Virus record (IMG/VR): IMGVR_UViG_3300025289_000016
DNA length: 35,212 nucleotides
Origin: a virus
Strand: one strand, 5' to 3'
The notes beneath the pieces are model-generated. The model saw only the letters and a list, made by a program, of their open reading frames with translations. It searched no databases and had not been told where the DNA came from. Made by a program: the position numbers and the translations under genes. Position 1 is the stretch's first letter; each line of letters begins with the position of its first letter. Shown here piece by piece: positions 1-9,821 of this stretch.

Positions 1-75
1 AAAGGTGATAACAATTTAGAATAAAAAGGTGATAACAATTTAGAATAAAAAGGTGATAACAATTTAGAATAAAAA
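1..75 (+). repeat. Tandem array: 3 copies (+3 nt) of the 24-bp unit AAAGGTGATAACAATTTAGAATAA; identical to the last 75 nt of the window
   Basis: Read directly: units at 1-24, 25-48 and 49-72. Bases 1-75 equal 35138-35212. Confidence 0.95.
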
Positions 76-82
76 GGGAAAA

Positions 83-286
83 ATGATTAAGAATTCTATG
101 TGGATAGTTTTTGATAATTATCATTTCCGACCCAATTGTTTAATTTTAGGGTGGGATAATCCACAAAAAAAGCTCAAAATTAATAAAACTATTAAATCCT
201 TGTGGGATAAAGAATCTATGGGATGGACAATATTTAATTTAAAAGGGAATTTTTATGAAAATAAAAAGATCGTGTTCTTTAACTAA
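83..286 (+). CDS. hypothetical protein, first gene after the tandem array
   Basis: ORF track. A-rich SD-like AAAGGGAAAAATG context. No recognisable motif. Confidence 0.4.
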   Translation: MIKNSMWIVFDNYHFRPNCLILGWDNPQKKLKINKTIKSLWDKESMGWTIFNLKGNFYENKKIVFFN

Positions 287-304
287 TACGGAGAATGTTT
301 TAAA

Positions 305-1051
305 ATGGGCTTAAAAACTGGTGGACATAAAACATTGCAGCCAAGAGATATGATTATTAAACCAGATAACTGTGTCTTAGCTTGTTTTTTTCAGACTCAG
401 GCGGAGATTACAAGAGATTATGGTAAATATAATCACCCACTTACAATTGTAGGAAATGTAACAGAGCAAAACCATGCTTTGTTGGGTGATGCTATGTTTT
501 TCCCTGTTGGTGCTGGCTATCCTGAGGATGTCGGTAATAATTATATAACAATACCACACCATTCCAGTTTAGCAATTACAGGTGATTTAACATTGTATAC
601 TGAATGTTTATTTACTGATACAATTGCTAATGGGGAGGTAATGGGGAAGGTAAACCTAAACGGATTAATAGCTGGTCCCTACCGTTTTACTGTTGATGTT
701 GAAGATTATGGATGGTCAGCTTCGCTTATTCGTGGAAACGGAGTAAATTTTCATAATGTGGTTGAAACTCCTTGGTTTGGTAGCGATTATGTTTACAATA
801 TTAAACATAATATTGTTTATAAAATGGAGGGGATGACTATAAAAATTTTCATAGGCGATGCTCTTAGAGTAACTGGAATATTAGATATGATGGGTTATTC
901 TATGACAGATGTTGGAACAGATGTTTGGATTGGGAATGTAAAAAACCTGAGCGACCCTATGCAGTATAGAGGCTATCTGAAAAAACTTGTTTTATGGGAT
1001 ATTGCACTTCCAGATGAGGAGTGTTTAAGAATTTCAAAAGGTGGTTTGTGA
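305..1051 (+). CDS. virion protein with LamG/concanavalin-A-like jelly-roll domain (possible receptor-binding or accessory fibre protein)
   Basis: NYITIPHHSSLAITGDLTLY and the C-terminal YRGYLKKLVLWDIALPDEEC resemble the start and end strands of LamG-type lectin folds. It lies in a fibre gene cluster. Confidence 0.5.
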   Translation: MGLKTGGHKTLQPRDMIIKPDNCVLACFFQTQAEITRDYGKYNHPLTIVGNVTEQNHALLGDAMFFPVGAGYPEDVGNNYITIPHHSSLAITGDLTLYTECLFTDTIANGEVMGKVNLNGLIAGPYRFTVDVEDYGWSASLIRGNGVNFHNVVETPWFGSDYVYNIKHNIVYKMEGMTIKIFIGDALRVTGILDMMGYSMTDVGTDVWIGNVKNLSDPMQYRGYLKKLVLWDIALPDEECLRISKGGL

Positions 1052-1091
1052 TGATAAATAAAGGAGAATCAGTCTTACATAGGAGGATTTT

Positions 1092-1370
1092 ATGGATGAT
1101 ACTTATCAATATGGCATGTTTTATACAGAGGCAGATATATCTGGGGGGGTAACTACTGTGTATAAAGAATTAACATTACCTTTTCAGCCAAAGTATTGGG
1201 AATTAAATAATAACCATGGAACTAACTATCTTGAATATTCCAGAGATGGAAAAGAAAGATTAGGAAAGCTTTTAGCTGGATCAGTAAAAGAAGATAGTTT
1301 AGTATTAACAAAATTCTTTATAAGAGGTCAGGCAGGTTCTGAAACATTTGAACTTTGGATATATGGGTAA
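1092..1370 (+). CDS. hypothetical protein
   Basis: ORF track; AGGAGG lies 6 nt upstream of the ATG. Confidence 0.45.
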   Translation: MDDTYQYGMFYTEADISGGVTTVYKELTLPFQPKYWELNNNHGTNYLEYSRDGKERLGKLLAGSVKEDSLVLTKFFIRGQAGSETFELWIYG

Positions 1371-1386
1371 CTAAAAAGGATGGAAT

Positions 1387-1638
1387 ATGAAAAGAAAAAA
1401 GAGATTACCTTACGAACAGATAGAAAAACTGTTTGAACTAAGAATCAAAATGGAAGCTTATGAGGATTTTTTAAATACCCTTCAGCAGGTAGTAAACGAA
1501 AAGGTTGTAGATTTGCAAGCTAAGGTTAGAAACATCTCTGGATTCGTAGATGTTCCACTTGATAAGAGAATAGACTTTGACTTTGAGAAGTCTACAGTTA
1601 TTTGGGAGGACGAAGATGCCACTAAGAAAACCAAGTAA
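1387..1638 (+). CDS. hypothetical K/E-rich (coiled-coil-like) protein
   Basis: ORF track; AAAGGATGG upstream of the start. Confidence 0.4.
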   Translation: MKRKKRLPYEQIEKLFELRIKMEAYEDFLNTLQQVVNEKVVDLQAKVRNISGFVDVPLDKRIDFDFEKSTVIWEDEDATKKTK

Positions 1639-2113
1639 TTTTTTAAATATGGATTTAACCTTTACTGTCGCTGGCAAGGGTATAGTTAATAATGCAGGAG
1701 ATTTAAAACTGGACGCAGCAGCGGGTTATTTTATCGCTCCACAAAAGGGAATTAAGTTTGGGAGTTTAGGAGCAAGCGCGAAAGCGATTGATTTCTCTGG
1801 GTCAGGCATAGATGTTAATGGAAGCTTTCTATATAAGAACTCCGAGAATTTCTGGAGAGGAGATGGATACTTACAGGTTGGGGTTCTTGTATCTAGTAAC
1901 TATGTATCAACTGTTTATTTTAGGCAGACAGGTGACTCTGCCCTCCCATTTATTTTGACAAAATGCACAGTAGCAGTCACTGCGCCTGGAGCAGGAAAAT
2001 TTTGTATCCGTGCAGAAGTTGGCACAAACCCTGGGACATTAAAGTTGGTGAGTTATGCTGGGACATCTACAACTGGGGCTGTGCTTCAAGATAATGTTGG
2101 AGCAGGGAATTAA
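1616..2113 (+). CDS. hypothetical structural protein
   Basis: In-frame ATG at 1616 preceded by GGGAGGA. The 1577 start in the track would overlap the previous gene by 62 nt. Confidence 0.45.
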   Translation: MPLRKPSNFLNMDLTFTVAGKGIVNNAGDLKLDAAAGYFIAPQKGIKFGSLGASAKAIDFSGSGIDVNGSFLYKNSENFWRGDGYLQVGVLVSSNYVSTVYFRQTGDSALPFILTKCTVAVTAPGAGKFCIRAEVGTNPGTLKLVSYAGTSTTGAVLQDNVGAGN

Positions 2114-2114
2114 T

Positions 2115-2285
2115 ATGAAGCTTAAGTGTCCATACTGTTTTAATGCCTATACCTCAAAAGAATGTGGTTTTACTCCTGCTACTAGTCTGCAAGCTACTAT
2201 TGTTTGTAGGTGTGGAAAGTGTTTTGATGTAAGTGTTAAAAGGGGTTGGTTTAAGAATAAAGTTAAAATAAGGAGAAGAGTTTAG
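2115..2285 (+). CDS. small zinc-ribbon-like protein
   Basis: ATG 2115 lies 1 nt after the previous stop. CPYC...CRCGKC gives a four-Cys pattern. Confidence 0.4.
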   Translation: MKLKCPYCFNAYTSKECGFTPATSLQATIVCRCGKCFDVSVKRGWFKNKVKIRRRV

Positions 2286-3409
2286 TGCCTACGATACAGG
2301 TAAGTCAAACCTACCATGGAGATATTGCTCCCAATGGATCTAGCCCTGCGGAGCTGGGAGCAACTTGGTATGATACAGTTGCAAGTGCTTTAAAAACTCT
2401 AACTTCAAAGACTCCTTATACCTGGGCTTCTGTAGGCGGTGGGGGTGGAGGCGAGACCAATACTGCTAGCAATGTAGGAATAGCAGGAGTAGGAGTATTC
2501 AAACAGAAGGCAGGAGTAAATTTAGAGTTTAAAAAGGTAAATGCAGGAAGCTCAAAAGCTACGATTACAGATGATACAGTAAATAATGAAGTTGACATTG
2601 ATATTGTGGAAGGAAATATCAATCATAGTAATATATCAGGAATAGGGACAAAGACTCATGCTGTAATTGATACTCATCTTGATTCAATTAGCAATCCTCA
2701 TAGTGTTACTAAAGGACAAGTAGGATTAGGGAATGCAGATAATACTGCAGATTTGAATAAACCAATTTCAACAAATACACAAACAGCATTAGATGGCAAA
2801 GCTGCAACTACTCATAACCAAGATGCTTCTACTATAAATGCTGGAACATTTGATGGTGATAGATTACCATCAATATCAGACACAAAAAAAGGTGGAGTGC
2901 CAGCTACTGGAGCACCAACTGGATTATATTTGAAGGATGATGGCTCTTGGGCAATGCCTGCAGGTGGAGGTGAAGCTGAGAATATTGTGAGAATTACAGC
3001 AGATGTTACTAATAATACAACTACTTTTGCAAATGTCACAGGGCTAAGTTTTGCAGTAGCTGCAAATAAAGATTATCTCTTTGAAGCATTTATTATATTT
3101 CAATCTACTGCGACAGCTACAGGGATAGGATTTGGAGTTAATGGCCCAGCATCTCCAGTAGCGTTAGCATTAGAGACGCATATTCCAATCTCACTTGTAG
3201 CAACCACACACGGCTCTGCAAGAGCTTATGATATTGGAACAGCTTCTGCAGGTGTGGATACTGCTAATGCTAATTTACTTGCAAAAGTTGAAGGAATATT
3301 TAGAAATGGAGCTAATGCTGGAAATCTTATTATTAGGTTTAAAGCTGAGACTGCAGCTACAGTAAAAGTAATGACTGGAAGTATTTTGAGATGGAGATTA
3401 TTAAATTAA
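2285..3409 (+). CDS. tail fibre protein
   Basis: GTG start 9 nt after AAGGAGAAGAG. Contains a Gly run (GGGGGGE) and NPHSVTKGQVGLGNADNTADLNKPIS, a fibre-type repeat seen in many phage fibres. The C-terminal domain is Ala/Thr-rich. Confidence 0.6.
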   Translation: MPTIQVSQTYHGDIAPNGSSPAELGATWYDTVASALKTLTSKTPYTWASVGGGGGGETNTASNVGIAGVGVFKQKAGVNLEFKKVNAGSSKATITDDTVNNEVDIDIVEGNINHSNISGIGTKTHAVIDTHLDSISNPHSVTKGQVGLGNADNTADLNKPISTNTQTALDGKAATTHNQDASTINAGTFDGDRLPSISDTKKGGVPATGAPTGLYLKDDGSWAMPAGGGEAENIVRITADVTNNTTTFANVTGLSFAVAANKDYLFEAFIIFQSTATATGIGFGVNGPASPVALALETHIPISLVATTHGSARAYDIGTASAGVDTANANLLAKVEGIFRNGANAGNLIIRFKAETAATVKVMTGSILRWRLLN

Positions 3410-3429
3410 GAAGGAAAGGAGACACTAAT

Positions 3430-3723
3430 ATGAGTATATTATTAACAACACCAGTTACAAAAAGTTACGAAAGGGTAAGAATAGTTAGCTTAATTTTCAA
3501 CGATGTTGGAAAATACATTACCATTGTTTATTATACTTCTAAGAAGTTGAATGGCACTTGGGAAGATATGCAACCAACTAATGAAGTTAATGCAACTCAA
3601 GTAGAATATAATAGTTTTTTGTCTCAGCTAGCAGATGGAACTAAAACAGTGAGACAAAATCTTTTTAACAGAGCAGAGCAATATTTGATTAACAAAGGTT
3701 ATGTAGTTGGAGCTGTAGAGTAA
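3430..3723 (+). CDS. hypothetical protein (possible fibre-associated)
   Basis: ATG 3430 preceded by AAGGAAAGGAGA. The track start at 3391 overlaps the fibre gene. Confidence 0.45.
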   Translation: MSILLTTPVTKSYERVRIVSLIFNDVGKYITIVYYTSKKLNGTWEDMQPTNEVNATQVEYNSFLSQLADGTKTVRQNLFNRAEQYLINKGYVVGAVE

Positions 3724-3734
3724 AAGGAGGGAAT

Positions 3735-3950
3735 ATGGAGAGTGGAATCAAAATAGAGAATGAAAAACAAGCTGAAGATAAACACTCAATGCAGTCGGTT
3801 ACAGCACGCCGACAAGGTCACAATAAGTTAGTCTATGATAAGACAAAGAAAACGATAGTAACTGTTTCGACAGCAGGTTATACAACTGAACCAACTAAAC
3901 CAAAGCTAGTGATACAAGCGACATACTATGTTGACGGAACTGTAAAATAA
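3735..3950 (+). CDS. hypothetical small protein directly upstream of the large terminase (small terminase candidate by position only)
   Basis: AAAGGAGGGAATATG start context. Its stop lies 3 nt before the terL ATG. No motif recognised. Confidence 0.35.
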   Translation: MESGIKIENEKQAEDKHSMQSVTARRQGHNKLVYDKTKKTIVTVSTAGYTTEPTKPKLVIQATYYVDGTVK

Positions 3951-3953
3951 ATT

Positions 3954-5561
3954 ATGAATAACATTGAAAATAAAGTAACAATAAATAATATGGACTTCTC
4001 ACCTATTCCCGGTGTGAAATATGCTCATAATTATGTAGCAATAGTTAAGGATATAAAAGCTAAAAAATTAGATGAAATGTCTATATTCAGATCCTTAATT
4101 TTAAATGATTTATTTTTTATTATTTATTTTGTTATGCGTATAGAAATAATGAATCGTCCCTTTATTATTCAGACATGTCAAGAGGTGGAAAGCGGTCCCA
4201 AAGATTTTACATTAGATGTCTGGGCTAGAGAACATGGGAAAACATCTATTATTACGATAGCAGAAACTATACAAAACGAATTAAAATATCCAGAAAAATC
4301 AACAATGTTACTTTCCTATGTTAAAGCGATTAGTAAAAAATTTTTATTTGAAATTAGAAACTATTTTGAAAATTCGGAGTTCTTAAAAGCTTGTTTTCCT
4401 GATGTTTTATATCAGGATCCATGTATAGAATCTAGATTGTGGAATTTAGATGATGGCTTAATTTTAAAAAGAAAGACAGGAAGAAAAGAACCAAATATAT
4501 ATGCTGCTGGGCTTATTGAAGGTATGCCTACTAGTTTACATTGTGAATTTTTGGTATTTGATGACATTGTTACAGAAGACATGGCTAAAAGTCTTGATAT
4601 AATGAATGAAGTAAAAAACAAGTTTGATTCTGCTCAAAATCTAGGTGCTGACGGTGGTTCACATAGAGTTTTAGGGACTTATTATGCTCATAATGATCCC
4701 TTAACATATATCAGAGATAAGGTAGATGCAAATGGAAAGCCATTATATTTACTTAGACTTAAACCAGCTACCAATGATGGTACTGAAAGCGGTCTACCTG
4801 TATTTTTATCTCAAAAAAGATTGAATGATTTAAAATTTACTAAAACTTTTTATTGTCAGCAATTACTGGATCCTACTCCAAGAGGGGTTCGTAAATTTGA
4901 TAGTAAATTTCTTCAAGAAATAGAACACAAAGATATTCCTACAAATGTATATAGATTTATGGCAATTGATCCTGCTGGTGATATAGGAAACGACCCACTA
5001 GCAGAAGACTCCTGGGGAATAATGGTAATAGGGATAAAACCCGAAGACGAAAATATATCTATGAGCAATATTTATATCATGGATGCTACTATATGCCCAT
5101 TTAGAAGAGTTGAGGCGTTAGAGGAAATTTGTAGAATGTATATAAGAAACCCAGAGATATTGCAGGTTGGAGTTGAAAAAATAGGGCTTTCTACTATGGA
5201 AATACATGTTGCAGAGACACTTTTAAAATATGGAAGAAGAATATCCCTTGAAAACAAAACATTATTTTTATTGAGACCTAAAGGAAGAAATAAAGCAGTC
5301 CGCATTGAAGATGCTATTTCTAAACCATTATATGGTTCTAAATTGTTTATATCTAAAAACATAGATAATGTTTATAGACAACGAATAAAAAACGAATTGG
5401 ATATGTTTCCTAGATGGAAGGATGATGCTCTTGATGTGCTTTCTTATTTCTATGATATGATAATTGAAAATAAATATTGGTTAAAACCTAAGCAAAAAAT
5501 AAATTATAATTTATTTAAAAAGACTACATATCCTAGAAACGAATCTTGGATGGTAAGTTAA
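3954..5561 (+). CDS. terL: terminase large subunit
   Basis: 535 aa. Walker-A-like AREHGKTS, Walker-B-like FLVFDDIVTED, and a C-terminal RNaseH-like nuclease segment (MAIDPAGD...). The portal gene starts 1 nt downstream. Confidence 0.85.
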   Translation: MNNIENKVTINNMDFSPIPGVKYAHNYVAIVKDIKAKKLDEMSIFRSLILNDLFFIIYFVMRIEIMNRPFIIQTCQEVESGPKDFTLDVWAREHGKTSIITIAETIQNELKYPEKSTMLLSYVKAISKKFLFEIRNYFENSEFLKACFPDVLYQDPCIESRLWNLDDGLILKRKTGRKEPNIYAAGLIEGMPTSLHCEFLVFDDIVTEDMAKSLDIMNEVKNKFDSAQNLGADGGSHRVLGTYYAHNDPLTYIRDKVDANGKPLYLLRLKPATNDGTESGLPVFLSQKRLNDLKFTKTFYCQQLLDPTPRGVRKFDSKFLQEIEHKDIPTNVYRFMAIDPAGDIGNDPLAEDSWGIMVIGIKPEDENISMSNIYIMDATICPFRRVEALEEICRMYIRNPEILQVGVEKIGLSTMEIHVAETLLKYGRRISLENKTLFLLRPKGRNKAVRIEDAISKPLYGSKLFISKNIDNVYRQRIKNELDMFPRWKDDALDVLSYFYDMIIENKYWLKPKQKINYNLFKKTTYPRNESWMVS

Positions 5562-5562
5562 A

Positions 5563-7344
5563 ATGAATGAAAAAGAAATATTAGAACAAGCTCTTGAAGA
5601 TTTTAAAGAAGCTGAAACAGCTGGAGCAGATAATAGAAATATAGCTCTAAAATGTATTAAATTCGTTGATGGAGATCAATGGGACGATTCTATAAGAAAA
5701 GAAAGAGAACAAGATAATAGACCCTGTTTAACTTTAAATAAATTACGAAAATTTGTTAAGGAAGTGTCTGGTGATATTAGGCAGAATAAAATATCTCCAA
5801 AGGTGAGACCTGTGGATGATAATGCAGATGTTGCGGGAGCAAAAGTGAGAAATGAATTAATAAGACATATTGAACAAAACTCTCTTGCAGACGATGCCTA
5901 CGATAATGCTGTTGAGCAAGCCCTTGATGGTGGTTTCGGATATTGGAGAATTATAACTGAATATGCAGAAGATGGTTTTGAACAAGATATTAAAATAAAA
6001 CGAATACCTAATAGATTTACTGTTTATTTAGATTGCTCCTCCCAGGAGTATACTTGTGAGGATGGTAGATATGCATTTATAAGTAATGTAATGAAGGAAA
6101 GAGAATTTAAAACAAAATATAAAAGTAAAATTCCTGCTGATTGGTCTATGCAAAGCGTTGGAGAAGGAAAAGAAGGTTGGTTCCTGGATAATAAAGTTAG
6201 ATTAGTAGAATATTTTTGGAAAGAACCAACAACTAAGGAAATTGCTCAATTGTCAGATGGTAGTATTGTTGATTTTAATAAAAAAATAGAACAAGCCATT
6301 GAAGGAACAGGTTTAGAAATAATTAAAAGGAGATCTGTTAAAACTCATAAAGTAATGTGGGCAAAACTTAGTGGTGATAAAATATTAGAGGGTCCTAATG
6401 AAATCCCCTCTAAATATATTCCTATAGTCCCCGTCTATGGTCATGAAGTAAATATTGAAGGTAAACGATATTATAGGGGATTAATATATGATGCTCTGGA
6501 TGCCATGAGAATGTATAATTATTGGAGAACTCATGCAACTGAAATTGTTGCTCTTGCCCCAAAAGCACCATTTTTAATAACCCCTGAACAGATACAAGGG
6601 CATGATGCCATGTGGCTGGATGCTAATAAAAAGAATTATCCATATTTACTCTATAATCAAATTCCTGGGTTAGCTAAACCCACTAGAGAAGGACAAACAC
6701 AAATACCAACTGCGGTAGTAAATGAATCTAATTTTGCCAATCTGGATATTAAAGATACTATAGGTATGTATGAAGCTTCTTTGGGGCAGGTATCTAATGA
6801 ACGGTCTGGAAGAGCTATTTTAGCAAGACAATCAAGATCCGATACTATTACTTATACATTTATTGATAATTTTGCGAAATCAATTACTTATACCTCTAAA
6901 CTATTATTAGATATGATGCCTAAAGTCTTTGATACGGAAAGAGTATTGAGATTATTAGGAGAAGATGGAAAAGAACTTATGTTACCTCTTAATAAAACAA
7001 TTAAAGATGCTACAACAGGAGAGAATATAATTATAAATGATTTGTCCCAGGGGAAATATGATTTAGTACCTACTAGCGGACCAAAATATCTAACTAGACG
7101 ATTAGAGGCTGCTGCAAGTATGTTAGATTTCTTACAGATGGTTCCTGTGGCTGCACCTGTAATTGCACCAAGACTTGCTAAAATGATGGACTGGCCGGAG
7201 GCTGTTGAAATAGCTCAAGAGTTAAATAAACTATTTGGGGCAACTAAAGAACAGGAAACTACACCAGAAGAAAAAGAGGAGATAGGGGGATCTAGTTCAC
7301 CACCCATGCAGGGGAGCGAAAGAACTAGTGAATATATAAAATAG
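5563..7344 (+). CDS. portal protein
   Basis: 593 aa. The N-terminal IALKCIKFVDGDQWD...RPCLTLNKLRKFV pattern is typical of P22/SPP1-class portals. It sits between terL and the scaffold gene. Confidence 0.85.
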   Translation: MNEKEILEQALEDFKEAETAGADNRNIALKCIKFVDGDQWDDSIRKEREQDNRPCLTLNKLRKFVKEVSGDIRQNKISPKVRPVDDNADVAGAKVRNELIRHIEQNSLADDAYDNAVEQALDGGFGYWRIITEYAEDGFEQDIKIKRIPNRFTVYLDCSSQEYTCEDGRYAFISNVMKEREFKTKYKSKIPADWSMQSVGEGKEGWFLDNKVRLVEYFWKEPTTKEIAQLSDGSIVDFNKKIEQAIEGTGLEIIKRRSVKTHKVMWAKLSGDKILEGPNEIPSKYIPIVPVYGHEVNIEGKRYYRGLIYDALDAMRMYNYWRTHATEIVALAPKAPFLITPEQIQGHDAMWLDANKKNYPYLLYNQIPGLAKPTREGQTQIPTAVVNESNFANLDIKDTIGMYEASLGQVSNERSGRAILARQSRSDTITYTFIDNFAKSITYTSKLLLDMMPKVFDTERVLRLLGEDGKELMLPLNKTIKDATTGENIIINDLSQGKYDLVPTSGPKYLTRRLEAAASMLDFLQMVPVAAPVIAPRLAKMMDWPEAVEIAQELNKLFGATKEQETTPEEKEEIGGSSSPPMQGSERTSEYIK

Positions 7345-7370
7345 TGATAACAATTTAGAATAAAAGGAGA
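7343..7370 (+). promoter_or_regulatory. Single copy of the conserved cassette (A)GTGATAACAATTTAGAATAAAAGGAGA upstream of the scaffold gene
   Basis: 27 of 28 nt identical to the copies at 8211 and 34662. It overlaps the portal stop run TAG-TGA-TAA. The ATG follows 9 nt after GGAGAG. Confidence 0.7.
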
Positions 7371-7379
7371 GAAATAAAT

Positions 7380-8210
7380 ATGGAGATAGAAAAAAATACA
7401 GAGGAAACTCAAAAAGATGTGAATAAGACGATAGAAACGAGGGATCCTTCTGCAGAGTCCGTAAAAAGTGAGACCCAGGACACCTCACAAACCGAATCGG
7501 ACGATCCTGCCGCAGCTACTACTCAAGAAACAGAGGAAGTAACAGAAGAAATCAAAAAAAAGAGTGGAGTAGCAAAAAGGATTGATAAATTGGTCAAGGA
7601 AAGAGAAACTCTTAGGAGAGAACGGGATGAATTATTAAAACAACTTGAAACTACAACAAAACATCCTGCGGGTAAACCAATAGTCCAAGATTTTGAATCG
7701 TATGACCAATATGTAGATGCTCTTACAGAGTGGAAAATAGAGCAAAAAGAAAAAGAAAAGATACAGCACCAAATAGCGATAGATAGAAAAGAACATCATC
7801 AAAGGTTATTGGAGGAATTTAAAGAAAACTCAACACATTTCAAAGAGAAGAATAAGGATTTTGATGAAGTAGCTTTCGCAAAAGAAGTTCCTTATACAGA
7901 AGAAATGGCAGAATTAGTGCTTACTTCTAAAAAGGGACATGAGATAGCTTATTATCTTGGGAAAAATATAGATGAAGCTACACGAATGGCAGCTTTACCA
8001 CTTCACTTATTAGCTCGTGAAATTGCTAATCTTGAGATAAAATTTTCAATTCCAATATCACCTAAGAATATATCGCAAACTCCGGCTCCCATTTCACCAT
8101 TAGGCAGTTCAGGCGAAACTCTCAATAAAGAGCTTTCAGATAAAATGTCTACTGAGGAATGGATAAAGGAGCGTAACAAGAAACAAAATAAAATTCTAAG
8201 AATAGTATAA
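7380..8210 (+). CDS. scaffolding protein
   Basis: Acidic, K/E-rich, coiled-coil-like 276-aa protein located between portal and coat genes. Confidence 0.7.
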   Translation: MEIEKNTEETQKDVNKTIETRDPSAESVKSETQDTSQTESDDPAAATTQETEEVTEEIKKKSGVAKRIDKLVKERETLRRERDELLKQLETTTKHPAGKPIVQDFESYDQYVDALTEWKIEQKEKEKIQHQIAIDRKEHHQRLLEEFKENSTHFKEKNKDFDEVAFAKEVPYTEEMAELVLTSKKGHEIAYYLGKNIDEATRMAALPLHLLAREIANLEIKFSIPISPKNISQTPAPISPLGSSGETLNKELSDKMSTEEWIKERNKKQNKILRIV

Positions 8211-8238
8211 GGTGATAACAATTTAGAATAAAAGGAGA
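8211..8238 (+). promoter_or_regulatory. Single copy of the cassette GGTGATAACAATTTAGAATAAAAGGAGA upstream of the major capsid gene
   Basis: Starts at the base after the scaffold stop codon. The ATG is at 8247. Confidence 0.7.
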
Positions 8239-8246
8239 AAAATTTT

Positions 8247-9443
8247 ATGCCAAATACACTTTTAACATCAACTATCGTTACTAGAGAGGCTTTGAGAATT
8301 TTACACGAAAAACTCTCTTTTATCGGTACAATTAATCATGAATATAGTAAGGAATATGCCATGACAGGAGCAAAAATAGGTTCAAGTTTGAAAATCAGGA
8401 AACCAAATAGATACACAATTAGGAACGGAGCTTCTATGACTCCTCAGGATATTACTGAAACTTCGGAAACTCTTACCATGGCTACCCAGAAGGGCATAGA
8501 CCTGGATTTTACATCTGTAGATCTAACCTTATCGTTGGACGATTTTTCAAAACGGATAATTCAACCTGCTATGGCTGTCCTTGCAACAAATATAGAAAAA
8601 GATGTATTTAATGTCTACAAGGAGGTATATAATCTTGTAGGAAGTCCAGGAACTACCCCTAGTACTCTCAAGGTATTTCTAGATGCAAGAACTAAATTGA
8701 ATCAGTTTGTAGCTCCAAAAGATAATAATCGCTGTGTTCAGATTGATTCTGTTGCTGGGGGGGCAACAATAGATACCTTGAAGGGGTTATTTCATTCAAG
8801 TCAGCAGATTGAGGAACAATATAGAGAAGGTATGATGGGGAAAACCGCTGGATTTAACTTCTACGAAAATGATGTAGTCCCGGTTCATACAAATCTATTA
8901 CAAGCAGGAACTCCTCTTGTTAATGGACCTAACCAAACAGGAGCAAGTCTTATAACAGATGGGTGGACAGCTAGCACCACAATAGCTCAGGGAACTGTAT
9001 TTACATTAGCAGCAGTATATGCGGTTCATCCAGAAACACGAGTTGCTTACCCCTTCTTACAACAGTTTGTAGTAACTGCGAATGCTACTGCTGATGGTTC
9101 AGGTAATGCAACATTATCAATTAGTCCATCTATAACCACTAGTGGGGCTATACAAACTGTTAATGCTTCACCAGCGGAGAATGCAGCTTTAACTTTAGTA
9201 GGAAGTGCAAGTACTGCATATACACAACATCTAGCTTATCATAGAGACGCTTTTGCTTTTGTATCAGCTGACCTTGAAATGCCTCAAAATAGAGATTTCT
9301 CAGCAAGAGAGGTATATGATGGTATCAGTATGCGAATTGTTAAGGATTATGCAATATCAACTGATACATTTCCTTGTAGAGTAGATGTTCTGTATGGATA
9401 CAAATGTATTAGACCAGAATTAGCGGTTAGGATTATAGGATAA
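8247..9443 (+). CDS. major capsid (coat) protein, P22-coat-like
   Basis: 398 aa, immediately after the scaffold gene. The N-terminal TREALRILHEKLSFIGTINHEY..GAKIGSSLKIRKPNRY resembles the gp5-type coat N-arm as I remember it. Confidence 0.8.
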   Translation: MPNTLLTSTIVTREALRILHEKLSFIGTINHEYSKEYAMTGAKIGSSLKIRKPNRYTIRNGASMTPQDITETSETLTMATQKGIDLDFTSVDLTLSLDDFSKRIIQPAMAVLATNIEKDVFNVYKEVYNLVGSPGTTPSTLKVFLDARTKLNQFVAPKDNNRCVQIDSVAGGATIDTLKGLFHSSQQIEEQYREGMMGKTAGFNFYENDVVPVHTNLLQAGTPLVNGPNQTGASLITDGWTASTTIAQGTVFTLAAVYAVHPETRVAYPFLQQFVVTANATADGSGNATLSISPSITTSGAIQTVNASPAENAALTLVGSASTAYTQHLAYHRDAFAFVSADLEMPQNRDFSAREVYDGISMRIVKDYAISTDTFPCRVDVLYGYKCIRPELAVRIIG

Positions 9444-9451
9444 AGTAAATT

Positions 9452-9763
9452 ATGAATTTATTTACTTGCAAAATAGATAGATGGGGTATTGTATCTATCG
9501 CTCTAAATATAGCTTCTGTGGCAATTAATACAACAGCGGAACAGACTTTTACCATCCAGGGGTTGCAAACAGGAGATATGGTTTTTGTAAATAAACCTTC
9601 TCTTAATGCGGGACTTGGAATAGTTAATGCAAGAGTAAGTGATGCAAATACATTAGCAATTACTCTTGTTAATGCAACAGGGGCCGCAATAGATCCTGGA
9701 TCAGAAACTTATCTTGTGTTGTGGATAAGACCTGAGCGTACTCAAAGTATTGCACAGGAATAG
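9452..9763 (+). CDS. small capsid-associated protein (possible decoration protein)
   Basis: Follows the coat gene by 8 nt. All-beta-like sequence (TFTIQGLQTGDMVFVNKPS...ANTLAITLVNATG). Followed by a terminator. Confidence 0.4.
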   Translation: MNLFTCKIDRWGIVSIALNIASVAINTTAEQTFTIQGLQTGDMVFVNKPSLNAGLGIVNARVSDANTLAITLVNATGAAIDPGSETYLVLWIRPERTQSIAQE

Positions 9764-9787
9764 AGCTAGGTAGATATGAATATTATC

Positions 9788-9821
9788 TGGTAGGGGATAT
9801 AAAATTCCCCACCAACTTTTA
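9788..9821 (+). terminator. rho-independent terminator after the capsid gene pair
   Basis: TGGT-A-GGGG / CCCC-ACCA stem around a 10-nt loop, followed by ACTTTT. Confidence 0.6.

Noticed and set aside
1-75. Terminal 24-bp arrays and the 10/11-bp ori repeats as a possible CRISPR array
   Set aside because: The repeats are directly abutting with no spacers and the units are 10-24 bp. There are no cas genes.
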